Shown here in pieces: positions 29,539 to 42,099 of a stretch of DNA of 64,000 nucleotides. The notes under the pieces are model-generated. The model was given only the letters and a program-made list of their open reading frames with translations. It had not been told where the DNA came from and ran no database searches. Each line of letters opens with the position of its first letter. Position 1 is the first letter of the stretch. The stretch covers positions 2,908-66,907 of the forward strand of contig JAZFYD010000243.1 of NCBI GenBank assembly GCA_036443405.1, given 5' to 3'. Made by a program: the position numbers and the translations under genes. Source of the DNA: Planctomycetota bacterium. GTDB lineage: Bacteria; Planctomycetota; PLA2.

Positions 29539-29774
29539 CGCTACCTTTCTGCCTGAACCTCCCTGGGTTGCCTCGTACGTCACGCCCCGGCCCCCACGCG
29601 GGGTCCGGCGAGCGCGATATTGGACCAACTTCGATTCAGGCGATCAACCCCCATGCGGAGGACCCCGCAGAATGGGTCGGCGCGGTCACGTGCGGGTCAC
29701 CGAATCTGCCCGGCCGGCCGACAATTTCCGGACGATGGAAATCCCCGGACCAAATCGGGACCTCTGGAGCAAAA

Positions 29775-31205
<1,431 letters not shown>

Positions 31206-31227
31206 GTGCTGAGCCTACTCTGTTTTC

Positions 31228-31357
31228 TTGCCCAACGGCTGACGCCGTTGGAGCCTCTGGTCTGGACGTTTTGATGAGGCGGCGAGGGGTTCCGGGTTTG
31301 CGCTTTGCCCAACGGCTGACGCCGTTGGAAGCCACGCAGGCGCTGCCTTTGAGATGG
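31228..31357 (+). repeat. two full forward-orientation units plus a TTTGAGATGG terminus (mirror of the composite element)
   Basis: ttgcccaacggctgacgccgttggagcc runs 31228-31255, a perfect consensus. tttgcccaacggctgacgccgttggaagcc runs 31304-31333. tttgagatgg is at 31348-31357. Confidence 0.85.
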
Positions 31358-31514
31358 ATGCGTGCCTGCTTGCGCCGCGGGCGGCGCCGTACAACTCCGA
31401 CGAGGATCAAGTTCCGCGCCGGCGACTGGACAACGCCGGACGCTCGAACCCCATCGCTCCACGCTATATGCGGGGCCGGTCACCCGATCATTCCTCAGAC
31501 GCTGCGAACGCACC

Positions 31515-31580
31515 GCTCCAACGGCGTCAGCCGTTGGGCCAACAACACTGCGGCGTCAGCCGTTGGGCCAACCGCACTAC
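31515..31580 (-). repeat. reverse-orientation composite copy (full unit plus half unit) abutting the pilC stop codon
   Basis: gctccaacggcgtcagccgttgggccaacaacactgcggcgtcagccgttgggccaaccgcactac. It closely parallels the 9258-9315 copy. Together with 31228-31357 it forms an inverted pair flanking about 155 bp. Confidence 0.85.
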
Positions 31581-32710
31581 CCTCCGCTGAGCGAATCGAG
31601 GATGCTGAGCAGCGGCAGGAACAGCGCCAAGACGATGGCGAACACCGCGCCGCCCATCACAACGATCAGGAGCGGCTCGAGCAGCGACGTGAGGCTGTTG
31701 ACGGCGACGTCGACCTCCTCGTCGTAGTTGTCCGCGACCTTGATCAGCATCTTGTCGAGTTCACCGGTCTTCTCGCCGACGTCGATCATGTTCACGACCA
31801 GATCGTCGAAGATCTTGACCTTGGTGCTCGCGAGGGGCTCCGCGATGGATTCACCCTCCTTGATCGCCTCGTAGACCGCGTTGATCGCGCGCTCCATGAC
31901 CGCGTTGCCGACCGCGCCCTTGACGATGTCCAGGGCCTCGAGAATCGGAACACCTGAATTGATCAGGGTACCGAAGGTCCGCGTGAAGCGGGCGACAAGC
32001 ACCTTTTTGTAGAGCGTGCCGGCGATCGGCATGCGCATCTTCAATTCGTCGAGGAAGTAGCGCCCCCCGGCCGACATGCGGATCAGGCGCGGCAGACCCC
32101 AGATCACAAAGAACATGATCATCAGGAACGCCCACCAGTACTGCACGAGCCACCGGCTCAGGTTCATCATGAACTTCGTGATGCCGGGCAGGCCCTCCGC
32201 GCCGCTCGGGAGACTCTTGAACACCTCCTCGAACTTGGGCACGACGCTGGTCATGATGAACAGGAGGATCAGAACGATCACGATCATGACGGCGATCGGA
32301 TACATCGCCGCACCCTTCACGCGCCTCCGCAGTTTCTCGCTCTTCTCCTTGAAGAACGCGAGACGCGAGAGGATCACGTCCAAGACACCACCGGCCTCGC
32401 CGGCGCGCACCATGTTGACGTACAAGCCGTCGAACACGCGCGGGTGCTTGGCCAAGGCCTCCGAAAGCGAAGAGCCGGACTCGACATCGTCGGTCACGGC
32501 CACGAGCACGTTCTTGAAGTAGCCCTTGGGGAGCTGACCTTCGAGAATCTTCAGACAGGAGACGATCGGAAGACCCGCGTCCTGCAGGGTGGAGAGTTGG
32601 CTCGTAAACGTGGTGAGCTGCTTCTCCGAAACACCCAGGCCGAATCCACCTGCCTTGGCGGGTTTCGCGGCCACCGCAGTGGCGGACTTTTTGGTCATCT
32701 TCCCGGCCAT
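31577..32710 (-). CDS. pilC: type II secretion / type IV pilus platform protein (GspF/PilC family)
   Basis: Two T2SS-F repeats and 3 TM helices, with typical blocks (LSTLQDAGLPIV, GEKTGELDKML). The start is ATG at 32710. Confidence 0.85.
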   Translation of the reverse strand: MAGKMTKKSATAVAAKPAKAGGFGLGVSEKQLTTFTSQLSTLQDAGLPIVSCLKILEGQLPKGYFKNVLVAVTDDVESGSSLSEALAKHPRVFDGLYVNMVRAGEAGGVLDVILSRLAFFKEKSEKLRRRVKGAAMYPIAVMIVIVLILLFIMTSVVPKFEEVFKSLPSGAEGLPGITKFMMNLSRWLVQYWWAFLMIMFFVIWGLPRLIRMSAGGRYFLDELKMRMPIAGTLYKKVLVARFTRTFGTLINSGVPILEALDIVKGAVGNAVMERAINAVYEAIKEGESIAEPLASTKVKIFDDLVVNMIDVGEKTGELDKMLIKVADNYDEEVDVAVNSLTSLLEPLLIVVMGGAVFAIVLALFLPLLSILDSLSGG

Positions 32711-32771
32711 CGGTGCATTCCTTTCGCTGCCAAGGTCTTTAGTCCCAACTGATCTGGGTCTGGGACTACAG

Positions 32772-32816
32772 ACCCGAATCCGCCCGGAAACTTTCCGGTC
32801 CGCGGGTTCGGGCCAA
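32772..32816 (-). promoter_or_regulatory. structured element in the pilB-pilC intergenic region: 11-bp stem enclosing a perfect 15-bp palindrome CCGGAAACTTTCCGG
   Basis: cccgaatccgc-ccggaaactttccggtcc-gcgggttcggg. The palindrome lies at 32784-32798. It is about 100 nt upstream of the pilC ATG. Confidence 0.45.
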
Positions 32817-32927
32817 CATCTTTCCTGACACGACCGGGAAACGCAACACGGTTGTGAAGAGCCTGCGAATCCGTCTCCAGGACGGCCCGATTCGGCTCAG
32901 CCTAACGAATGCGCCTCGGCGGCCCTG

Positions 32928-34673
32928 TCAGAGCGTCTGCATGGTCTCCCGGAGGACCTCCTCAACGGTGGTCGACTGGTCGAAAATGGCCAACATGCCG
33001 CTCTCGCGGAGGGTGCGCATGCCTTGCTCACGGGCCCGCGTCCGAATCTGCGAGATCGGCGCGCCATCCATGATTTGGTCCTTGATCGCGTCGTTCACGA
33101 TCATGAACTCAAACAGCGCCAGACGGCCCTTGTAGCCCGTTCCATTGCATTTCTCGCACCCCTTGCCGTAGGCGAATTTCTTCCCGGCGGCCAGGTCCCG
33201 CTCGAGCTCCAACTCGCGCATGACCTCGAGGCTGGGCTCGTAAAGCTCCTTGCAGTCCGGGCAAATTCGGCGCACCAGGCGCTGGGCGATGACGGCTTCC
33301 AAGGTCGCGGCGATCAGAAACGGCTCGGCGCCGACGTCCACCAAACGGACGATCGCAAGCGGCGCGTCGTTGGTATGCAGGGTCGAAAACACGACGTGGC
33401 CGGTCAGTGACGCCTCGATGACGATCTGCGCCGTGTCCTTGTCGCGAATCTCGCCGACGAGGATCATGTCCGGGTCCTGGCGAAGGATCGAGCGCAGGCA
33501 CGCGGAGTAGGTGACCCCGATATCCTCGTTGATCTGCACCTGAACCACGCCCTCGAGGTCGTATTCGACCGGATCCTCGGTCGTGATGATCTTGACCGAG
33601 ACGTCGTTCGCGTGGTTGAGGCCGGCGTAGAGCGTCGTCGTCTTGCCCGAGCCTGTCGGGCCGGTCACCAGGATGACGCCGTGCGGAAGGTTGATGAGTT
33701 CCTTGAATTTTTTGACTTCGTCGTCGCGAAGGCCGATCTGGTCCAGCTCGAGGCTGACCACCGAGCGGTCGAGAACGCGCATCACGCATGATTCACCGAA
33801 CATCGTCGGTAGCGTGGAGACACGCATGTCGACCGGGCGGCCGCCGATCGCGAGGTCGATGCGGCCATCTTGCGGCACGCGGGTCTCGGAGATGTCGAGA
33901 CCGCTCATGACCTTTACGCGGCTGATCAACGCGGTCGCCAAGTGCAGCGGCGGCGCTTCGAGTTCGTAAAGCACGCCATCCACGCGGTAGCGGATCTTGA
34001 ACTCGTCCTCGAACGGCTCGAGGTGGATGTCCGACGCGCGGTCGCGGATCGCCTGGTAGAGGATGTAGTTGAGCAGCTTGCGGACCGGCGCCGAGTTCGC
34101 CATCTCCTCGGCGTCATCGAGGTCGGTCACGGCTCCGACGCCGATGCGCGTGGACTTGCGCTGCCGCGGCGCGGCGGCATCCTCCTCGATCTCCTTGAGA
34201 ATCGAGGACATCACCTGTTCCTCGCGGCCGTACGCCTTCTCGATGGCCGCCATGATCTGGTCCGCAGGCGCCACGACACCCTTCACCTCGCAGTTCGCGG
34301 TGAACCGGATGTCGTCGAGTGCGGACTTGTTCATCGGATCCGCCATCGCGACGGTGAGCGTGGTCCCGTCGAACAAAACGGGCATGAACTGGAACGGCCG
34401 CGCGATGGCCTCGTCAACCTTCGCGATGGCGTCTTTCTGCGGCTCTAACGTCGAAAGATCAATGACCTCCATGCCCGACTGCGTTCCGAGCGCCATCTGG
34501 AGTTGGGACTCGTCGATGTGGCCCTGACGAACGAGGATCTGGCCGATCTGGCCGCCGTCTTTTTTCTGCGTCTGCAGCGCTTCCTGAACCTGCCCCTCGT
34601 GGATGACACGCATGTCCTTGAGGACCTGGCCGAGCAGCTTCTTACGTACTGAGTGACGAGTGGGTGCAGCCAT
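32928..34673 (-). CDS. pilB: GspE/PilB-family secretion ATPase with N-terminal tandem MshEN-like (c-di-GMP-binding type) motifs
   Basis: Walker A GPTGSGKTT, Asp box, Walker B and the CxxC...CxxC tetracysteine are present. The N-terminus carries LLGQVLKDMRVIHEGQVQEALQTQ and QIGQILVRQGHIDESQLQMALGTQ, a tandem 24-aa MshEN-type motif. The ATG lies 2 nt after the pilT stop. Confidence 0.9.
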   Translation of the reverse strand: MAAPTRHSVRKKLLGQVLKDMRVIHEGQVQEALQTQKKDGGQIGQILVRQGHIDESQLQMALGTQSGMEVIDLSTLEPQKDAIAKVDEAIARPFQFMPVLFDGTTLTVAMADPMNKSALDDIRFTANCEVKGVVAPADQIMAAIEKAYGREEQVMSSILKEIEEDAAAPRQRKSTRIGVGAVTDLDDAEEMANSAPVRKLLNYILYQAIRDRASDIHLEPFEDEFKIRYRVDGVLYELEAPPLHLATALISRVKVMSGLDISETRVPQDGRIDLAIGGRPVDMRVSTLPTMFGESCVMRVLDRSVVSLELDQIGLRDDEVKKFKELINLPHGVILVTGPTGSGKTTTLYAGLNHANDVSVKIITTEDPVEYDLEGVVQVQINEDIGVTYSACLRSILRQDPDMILVGEIRDKDTAQIVIEASLTGHVVFSTLHTNDAPLAIVRLVDVGAEPFLIAATLEAVIAQRLVRRICPDCKELYEPSLEVMRELELERDLAAGKKFAYGKGCEKCNGTGYKGRLALFEFMIVNDAIKDQIMDGAPISQIRTRAREQGMRTLRESGMLAIFDQSTTVEEVLRETMQTL

Positions 34674-34675
34674 GA

Positions 34676-35740
34676 TTACAGCGCTTCGATCTTCTGGGCG
34701 AAGCTGCGCGGGTCCTGGCAGCGGATCTGCGCCGTTTCCTTGCTGATCTTTCCGGTCTTGACGTAATCCAAAAGCATGTCGTCCAGGAGGAACATGCCGA
34801 GGTTTTTGGAAGTCTGAATGGTGGACGGGATCTTGAACGTCTCCGCCTTGCGGATGTGGTTCTCGATCGCGGGACTCATGATCATGACCTCGAACGCGGC
34901 GATGACGCCGCTCTTGTCCTCGCGGGGCATCAGGACCTGTGAGATGACCGCGAGGATCGACACCGACAGCTGCACGCGGATCTGCTCCTGCTGGTCCGCG
35001 GGGAACTGATCGATGATGCGGTCCATCGTGCGGGCGGACCCCGTCGTGTGCAGAGTGCCGAACACCAAGTGACCGGTTTCCGCCGCGGTGATCGCGGTGG
35101 AGATCGTCTCCATGTCGCGCATCTCACCGAGCAGGATGACGTCCGGATCCTGACGAAGCGCGCGCCGCAGACCCTCGGCGAAAGTCGGCAGGTCGACACC
35201 GATTTCGCGCTGGTTCACGATCGATTTCTTGTGCTGGTGGTGGTACTCGATCGGGTCCTCGATCGTGATGATGTGGCGATCGAGGTTTTCGTTGACGTTG
35301 TCGATCATCGTCGCCAGCGTCGTCGTTTTGCCTGAGCCCGTGGGGCCGGTGACCAGAATCAGCCCGCGCGGGCGATCGCAAAGCGCCTGCACCTCGATCG
35401 GCAGGCCGATCTCTTCAAACGTCAGCAAACGGCTCGGGATCAAGCGGCAGACCATCGCCGCGTGACCGCGCTGGCGGAAGATCGCGACGCGGAAACGGGC
35501 CCGGGTGCCGTGGGCGTGGCCGAAGTCGGCGCTCCCCCGCTCCCGAAACTCGGTCATCATCCGCTCGGGCGCGATCTGTTCCACGAGTGTCATCGTGTCT
35601 TCGGACGTGAGCGCCGGATGCCGCACGTCCCGAAGGCGGCTGTGCTTGCGCACGACAGGCGGACGCCCAACGGTGATGTGAACGTCCGACGCGCCTTCCT
35701 CGACCATCAGGTCGAAGAGCTGATTCATTCCGATGAGCAC
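34676..35740 (-). CDS. pilT: twitching motility ATPase PilT
   Basis: PilT-size hexameric ATPase with GASDVHI, Walker A GPTGSGKTT and AIRHNLVFGTLHT-type motifs. The start is GTG at 35740 or ATG at 35728. Confidence 0.9.
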   Translation of the reverse strand: MLIGMNQLFDLMVEEGASDVHITVGRPPVVRKHSRLRDVRHPALTSEDTMTLVEQIAPERMMTEFRERGSADFGHAHGTRARFRVAIFRQRGHAAMVCRLIPSRLLTFEEIGLPIEVQALCDRPRGLILVTGPTGSGKTTTLATMIDNVNENLDRHIITIEDPIEYHHQHKKSIVNQREIGVDLPTFAEGLRRALRQDPDVILLGEMRDMETISTAITAAETGHLVFGTLHTTGSARTMDRIIDQFPADQQEQIRVQLSVSILAVISQVLMPREDKSGVIAAFEVMIMSPAIENHIRKAETFKIPSTIQTSKNLGMFLLDDMLLDYVKTGKISKETAQIRCQDPRSFAQKIEAL

Positions 35741-37419
35741 TAACTCGTCTCCAAAATAGCGCCGGCCACGCGCAGAATCTCGTCAACGGAGGTCTCTCCG
35801 GCCAGGATCTTCCGTACCCCGTCTTCGCGCAGCGTGATCATCCCGCATGACGCACGGGCTTGTTCGCGAAGCTCGATGGCCGATGCGCCGTTGAACGTCA
35901 GGTCGCGCATCCGGCTATCCATCTCGAAGAGTTCGAAGATGGCGCGCCGGCCGCGATACCCCTCGTGGCGGCACTCCGCGCACCCTACGGCTTTGTAGAG
36001 CGTCCGGTCGCCGATCATCTCGGACGTGAGTCCGAGCCCGCGCAGCTTGATCTTGTCGTGCTCCCACGGCGCCTTGCAGTTGTCACAGAGCATGCGGACG
36101 AGGCGCTGGGCCATCACCGCGAGCACCGCCGTGGACACCAGGAACGGTTTCACTCCGATGTCGATGAGGCGCGTGATCGCGGAGGTCGCATCATTGGTGT
36201 GAAGGGTGGAAAACACCAAGTGGCCCGTCAGCGCGGCCTGAATCGCGATCTCCGCCGTCTCCATGTCGCGGATCTCACCGACCAGGATGATGTTGGGCGC
36301 CTGGCGCAGCATCGAACGCAGAATGCGCGCGAAGGTGAGGCCGATGTTGTGGCGCACCTCACACTGGTTGATGCCCTTCAAGTGGTATTCCACCGGGTTT
36401 TCGGCGGTGATGATCTTGACGTTGGGCTTGTTGAGCATGCCCAGCGCGGCGTAGAGCGTCGTCGTCTTGCCCGAGCCGGTCGGCCCCGTGACCAGGAAAA
36501 CGCCGTTCGGCTTGCGGATGATGCGGTCGAAGCGTGCGTGATCCTCGGTGTGAAAACCGAGCTTTGCCAGCCCGACCAGGGCGGTCTCCTTGTCCAGGAG
36601 ACGCATGACGAGCGATTCGCCATGAGTCGCGGGCAGCGCCGAGACACGAACGTCGATGGGACGGCCCAGCAAATTCACGCCGATGCGGCCATCCTGCGGC
36701 TTGCGCTTTTCGGCGATGTCCATCCTCGCCATGATCTTCAATCGGCTGAGAACCGAGCCCTGGATGTCTTTCGGAAGCGATTTCGCCTCGTGACAGAGCC
36801 CGTCCACGCGGAATCGGATCCGCACGCGGTCCACCATTGGTTCGACGTGGATATCCGATGCCCGGGCCCGCAGGGCCTCCTCCAGCATCTGGTGCACGAG
36901 GCGGATGATCGGTGCGTCTTCGTCGTCGTCGTCCGACGGCGGGCCGCTGGCCACCGCTGCGGCACCCTTGGCTTCGACCTTCTCGCCGACGCCGTAGTAC
37001 TCGGCTTTGGCGTTGGTCTGGGCCGACGGGGTCGTCAGCGCGACGCGCACGTCCAGATTGAGGACGAATTGGAGCCCGTCGGCCTGATAAACGGCCGCGG
37101 GGTCTCGAATGGCGAGGATCAGCTGCTTAGCGCCCTGCTTCTTCACAGGGACGACGTCGTACTCCTCGACGGTGCTCTTTTCGACCAGTGCGATCGTCTC
37201 GGCGGGGAGTTTGACCTTGGAGAGGTCGATAAAGGGGAGCTTGTTCTGGCGGCAAAGGGCGCGCGCAACCTGCTCCTCGCTGAGCATGTTGAGTTCGACG
37301 AGCGCTTCCCCGATGCGGGATCCCGTGCGCTTGGCATGCACAAGGGCGTCGTCGATCTTGGCCTGCGTGACCAAGTTCATCTCGAGGAGGATCTCCCCGA
37401 GTCTCTTTCTCGGCTCCAC
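35740..37419 (-). CDS. second GspE/PilB-family secretion ATPase with MshEN-like N-terminal motifs
   Basis: Walker A GPTGSGKTT and the tetracysteine CDNC...CAEC are present. The N-terminus has RLGEILLEMNLVTQAKIDDALVHA and RIGEALVELNMLSEEQVARALCRQ. GTG at 37419 has GGAAGGAG 7 nt upstream. Confidence 0.9.
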   Translation of the reverse strand: MEPRKRLGEILLEMNLVTQAKIDDALVHAKRTGSRIGEALVELNMLSEEQVARALCRQNKLPFIDLSKVKLPAETIALVEKSTVEEYDVVPVKKQGAKQLILAIRDPAAVYQADGLQFVLNLDVRVALTTPSAQTNAKAEYYGVGEKVEAKGAAAVASGPPSDDDDEDAPIIRLVHQMLEEALRARASDIHVEPMVDRVRIRFRVDGLCHEAKSLPKDIQGSVLSRLKIMARMDIAEKRKPQDGRIGVNLLGRPIDVRVSALPATHGESLVMRLLDKETALVGLAKLGFHTEDHARFDRIIRKPNGVFLVTGPTGSGKTTTLYAALGMLNKPNVKIITAENPVEYHLKGINQCEVRHNIGLTFARILRSMLRQAPNIILVGEIRDMETAEIAIQAALTGHLVFSTLHTNDATSAITRLIDIGVKPFLVSTAVLAVMAQRLVRMLCDNCKAPWEHDKIKLRGLGLTSEMIGDRTLYKAVGCAECRHEGYRGRRAIFELFEMDSRMRDLTFNGASAIELREQARASCGMITLREDGVRKILAGETSVDEILRVAGAILETS

Positions 37420-37478
37420 TTATGCTCTCCTTCCTGCGCAAGCCCCGGACACAGACCCTGAGCCCGCGGAGCAGCCCC

Positions 37479-37508
37479 CTAGTATTGGCGTACTCGGATG
37501 TAAGTCAA
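37479..37508 (-). promoter_or_regulatory. candidate promoter of the gspE-pilT-pilB-pilC operon
   Basis: On the minus-strand sense: TTGACT (plus agtcaa 37503-37508), an 18-nt spacer, and TACTAG (plus ctagta 37479-37484), about 55 nt upstream of the GTG at 37419. Confidence 0.4.
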
Positions 37509-37583
37509 TCAAGGCCCTGAAGATGCGCGGGGGAACAGAGATACGAGCGGTGAGACCCCGTCTTTCCATAGAATGCGCGGACG

Positions 37584-38267
37584 ATGCGGATGGAACGGGC
37601 TTCGACGGCAATCTTGGCGGCGGCGCTCGCCTTTTCGGCGGCGGCATGTTGCGCGCCTCCCCGTATCGATGACCGCAGCACACCGGACAAGGCATATCTG
37701 ACGTTTCGAGACGCGGTCTCCCACGACGAGGTCCGGCGGGAGTACGAGTGCCTCAGCCCCCATCTGCGGCGCTCGCTGTCCGTCCGCAGTCCGGCGGATT
37801 GGTCGGATCTGCGCGCGATCGTGCTGACATCCGACCATCTGGTCATCCGTGGGATCAAGAGTTCGGATCCCGAGGGCGAACCGCGGGTGGAGGGAAAACG
37901 CGCCGAGTTGGACCTCAGTTTTCCGTTCGGGATCCGCGGAAGGGTCTGGCTGACGCAGAACGTGGTCGTGCAGGTCCGGTACGAGGGCTCCGACCACCCG
38001 CCGATCTACGGAACGCTGGAGACCCTGGATCTCGTGTTCAGTCCATCCGAGCAAGAGCGCGCCGGACCGGTGATCGGGGTCGCCGTTTCGCAGCGGCAGC
38101 TGGACGCATGGCGCGAGCAGCACGGGATCGAGATCGAAGAGGGCCGGAAGGTTCGTGCCGTCGAGATCAAGACGGAGTGGTTTTTGGACGGTTTCGAGAT
38201 CGGCGGCGAGACTCCCGAATCGGTGAGCGAGTCCCGAGATCAAAAGGCCGATCAGCAGAGCCCCTGA
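37584..38267 (+). CDS. hypothetical lipoprotein
   Basis: Signal peptide with a lipobox-like AFSAAAC. Composition is coding-like with Y, W, F, D, E and K. The opposite-strand ORF 37509..38285 is Arg/Pro/Gly-rich and was rejected. It sits immediately upstream of ppdK on the same strand. Confidence 0.5.
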   Translation: MRMERASTAILAAALAFSAAACCAPPRIDDRSTPDKAYLTFRDAVSHDEVRREYECLSPHLRRSLSVRSPADWSDLRAIVLTSDHLVIRGIKSSDPEGEPRVEGKRAELDLSFPFGIRGRVWLTQNVVVQVRYEGSDHPPIYGTLETLDLVFSPSEQERAGPVIGVAVSQRQLDAWREQHGIEIEEGRKVRAVEIKTEWFLDGFEIGGETPESVSESRDQKADQQSP

Positions 38268-38287
38268 GTTTGGAGTAGGAGGCACCG

Positions 38288-40912
<2,625 letters not shown>

Positions 40913-40962
40913 AAGGAGCCGCAAAGGCACGAAGGCTCGCGGGAACGCGAGGAGGTGGAGCC

Positions 40963-41538
40963 ATGGCCGAGACGATCTGGAAGTACATCGCGATCACGAG
41001 TGTTGCTGCGCTGGGCATCGTCCTGCTGGTCGGGCAGGCGGCACCCGCACAGAAAGTTCTCGAACTCAGGGAACTGAGGTTGGTCGACGAGGAAGGGAGA
41101 GTTCGTGCGCGGCTCTGGACGGGACTGGGCGCTACCAAATTCGAACTCACCGCTCCGCAAGGCAACAACTTGTTCTATTTGAGCGTCGGGAAGAATCAAT
41201 GCTCGATGAAGCTTGGCCCTCTAGGAGGTGGTCTAAAGGTGAGCACCATTGGGGAGAACGCGAGACTTCAGCTCCAGGGCGCCGGGGGGTTCGTGAATTT
41301 GGATGCCGACGAGGACAGCAAACTCACGGTGCAATCCAACAAGATGCGCGTGGCAATCAGCACTTCAAAGGAAGGTGGGGGGGTCGGCGCAATGAGATCC
41401 GACTTCGCGGTTGGACCGGGTGAGCTGGAACGTGCGTTGCTCTACGTCTGGGCCAAGGAACGGACCGCATCGATCGAACTCCAAGACAAGGAGGGCAAGA
41501 CGACTTGGGCCCAGGGACTGCCGGGAAGGGAGAAATGA
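40963..41538 (+). CDS. hypothetical secreted protein
   Basis: ATG at 40963 is preceded by GGAGGTGGAG. It has a signal peptide MAETIWKYIAITSVAALGIVLLVGQAAPAQ. The first 75 codons of track ORF 40738..41538 overlap the ppdK 3' end. Confidence 0.5.
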   Translation: MAETIWKYIAITSVAALGIVLLVGQAAPAQKVLELRELRLVDEEGRVRARLWTGLGATKFELTAPQGNNLFYLSVGKNQCSMKLGPLGGGLKVSTIGENARLQLQGAGGFVNLDADEDSKLTVQSNKMRVAISTSKEGGGVGAMRSDFAVGPGELERALLYVWAKERTASIELQDKEGKTTWAQGLPGREK

Positions 41539-41770
41539 GCACCGGCGCGGGGTTTGAACTCGGAGAGAACCGTTGGCTGCAAGTTCACCGTCACCGGAAG
41601 CTCGCCGCATCAGACCACGGACGGTTGCTGTTGCCGATGAGGTGCCAGGTGGCGCGGCGATCAGGCTGTGGTTGCCGCATTCCGTGGTCTGTGGCGCCGT
41701 CTTACCAGGCACCGCTGCTTTGCTGCCCGCACCGTTGTTTGTGTTACGAGCCGCGGAGGGGTCGCGCGGG

Positions 41771-41815
41771 TGTGGGATGTTCCCATTCGCAACACGACCA
41801 CCCGCGGTCGGTGCC
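41771..41815 (-). repeat. second repeat family, copy B (about 85% identical to 45941-45990)
   Basis: The reverse complement reads ggcaccgaccgcgggtggtcgtgttgcgaatgggaacatcccaca. The other locus reads accgatcgcgggtggtcgtgctgcggatgcgaaacacgcacaccacaccc. It can fold as CGCGGGTG(T)GG-loop-CCACCCGCG. Confidence 0.55.
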
Positions 41816-42084
41816 TGGTAAGCGGAGGGGACCGAGGCAAGTGAGCCCGAACGCGCGATAGCCGGAAAACGATCCAGCGAGTCGTTTTCCGGTGTGACCG
41901 AGTTCCCAACATCGCGTAGCACGCGCGCAGGAGAACCGAAACTGCGCACGACGTGCCACCTGGCACCTTGCACAACCAACGCGTCCGAAGTCCCGCGGGA
42001 CGGACAACCCGCCCCGGTGGGAGTCCCGAACTCGGAGAGAGCGGTTCCCGACGAGTTCCCGCGCCCAGTTGCGGGGGGCGCCCC

Positions 42085-42090
42085 TATAAT
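42085..42090 (+). promoter_or_regulatory. consensus -10 hexamer TATAAT 10 nt upstream of the yebC ATG (possible leaderless transcript)
   Basis: cccTATAATcccattcctATG. There is no SD and no -35 at canonical spacing. Confidence 0.35.
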
Positions 42091-42099
42091 CCCATTCCT

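Noticed and set aside
37509-38285. 258-aa minus-strand ORF overlapping the lipoprotein gene.
   Set aside because: Its composition is R/P/G/L-rich and non-protein-like. The plus-strand ORF has a signal peptide and balanced composition, and it continues into ppdK.
41535-41861. 108-aa Cys/His-rich ORF (9 Cys, 7 His) starting with an ATGA overlap on the upstream gene and a GGGAAGGGAG SD. It looked like a small metal-binding protein or RiPP precursor.
   Set aside because: Its codon usage is dominated by T/A-ending codons (ttt, caa, gtt, tca, ggt, tgt, tct, cat), which is atypical for this GC3-rich genome. Composition is otherwise R/P/G-rich, like spurious high-GC ORFs. The region is better explained as a structured non-coding segment.
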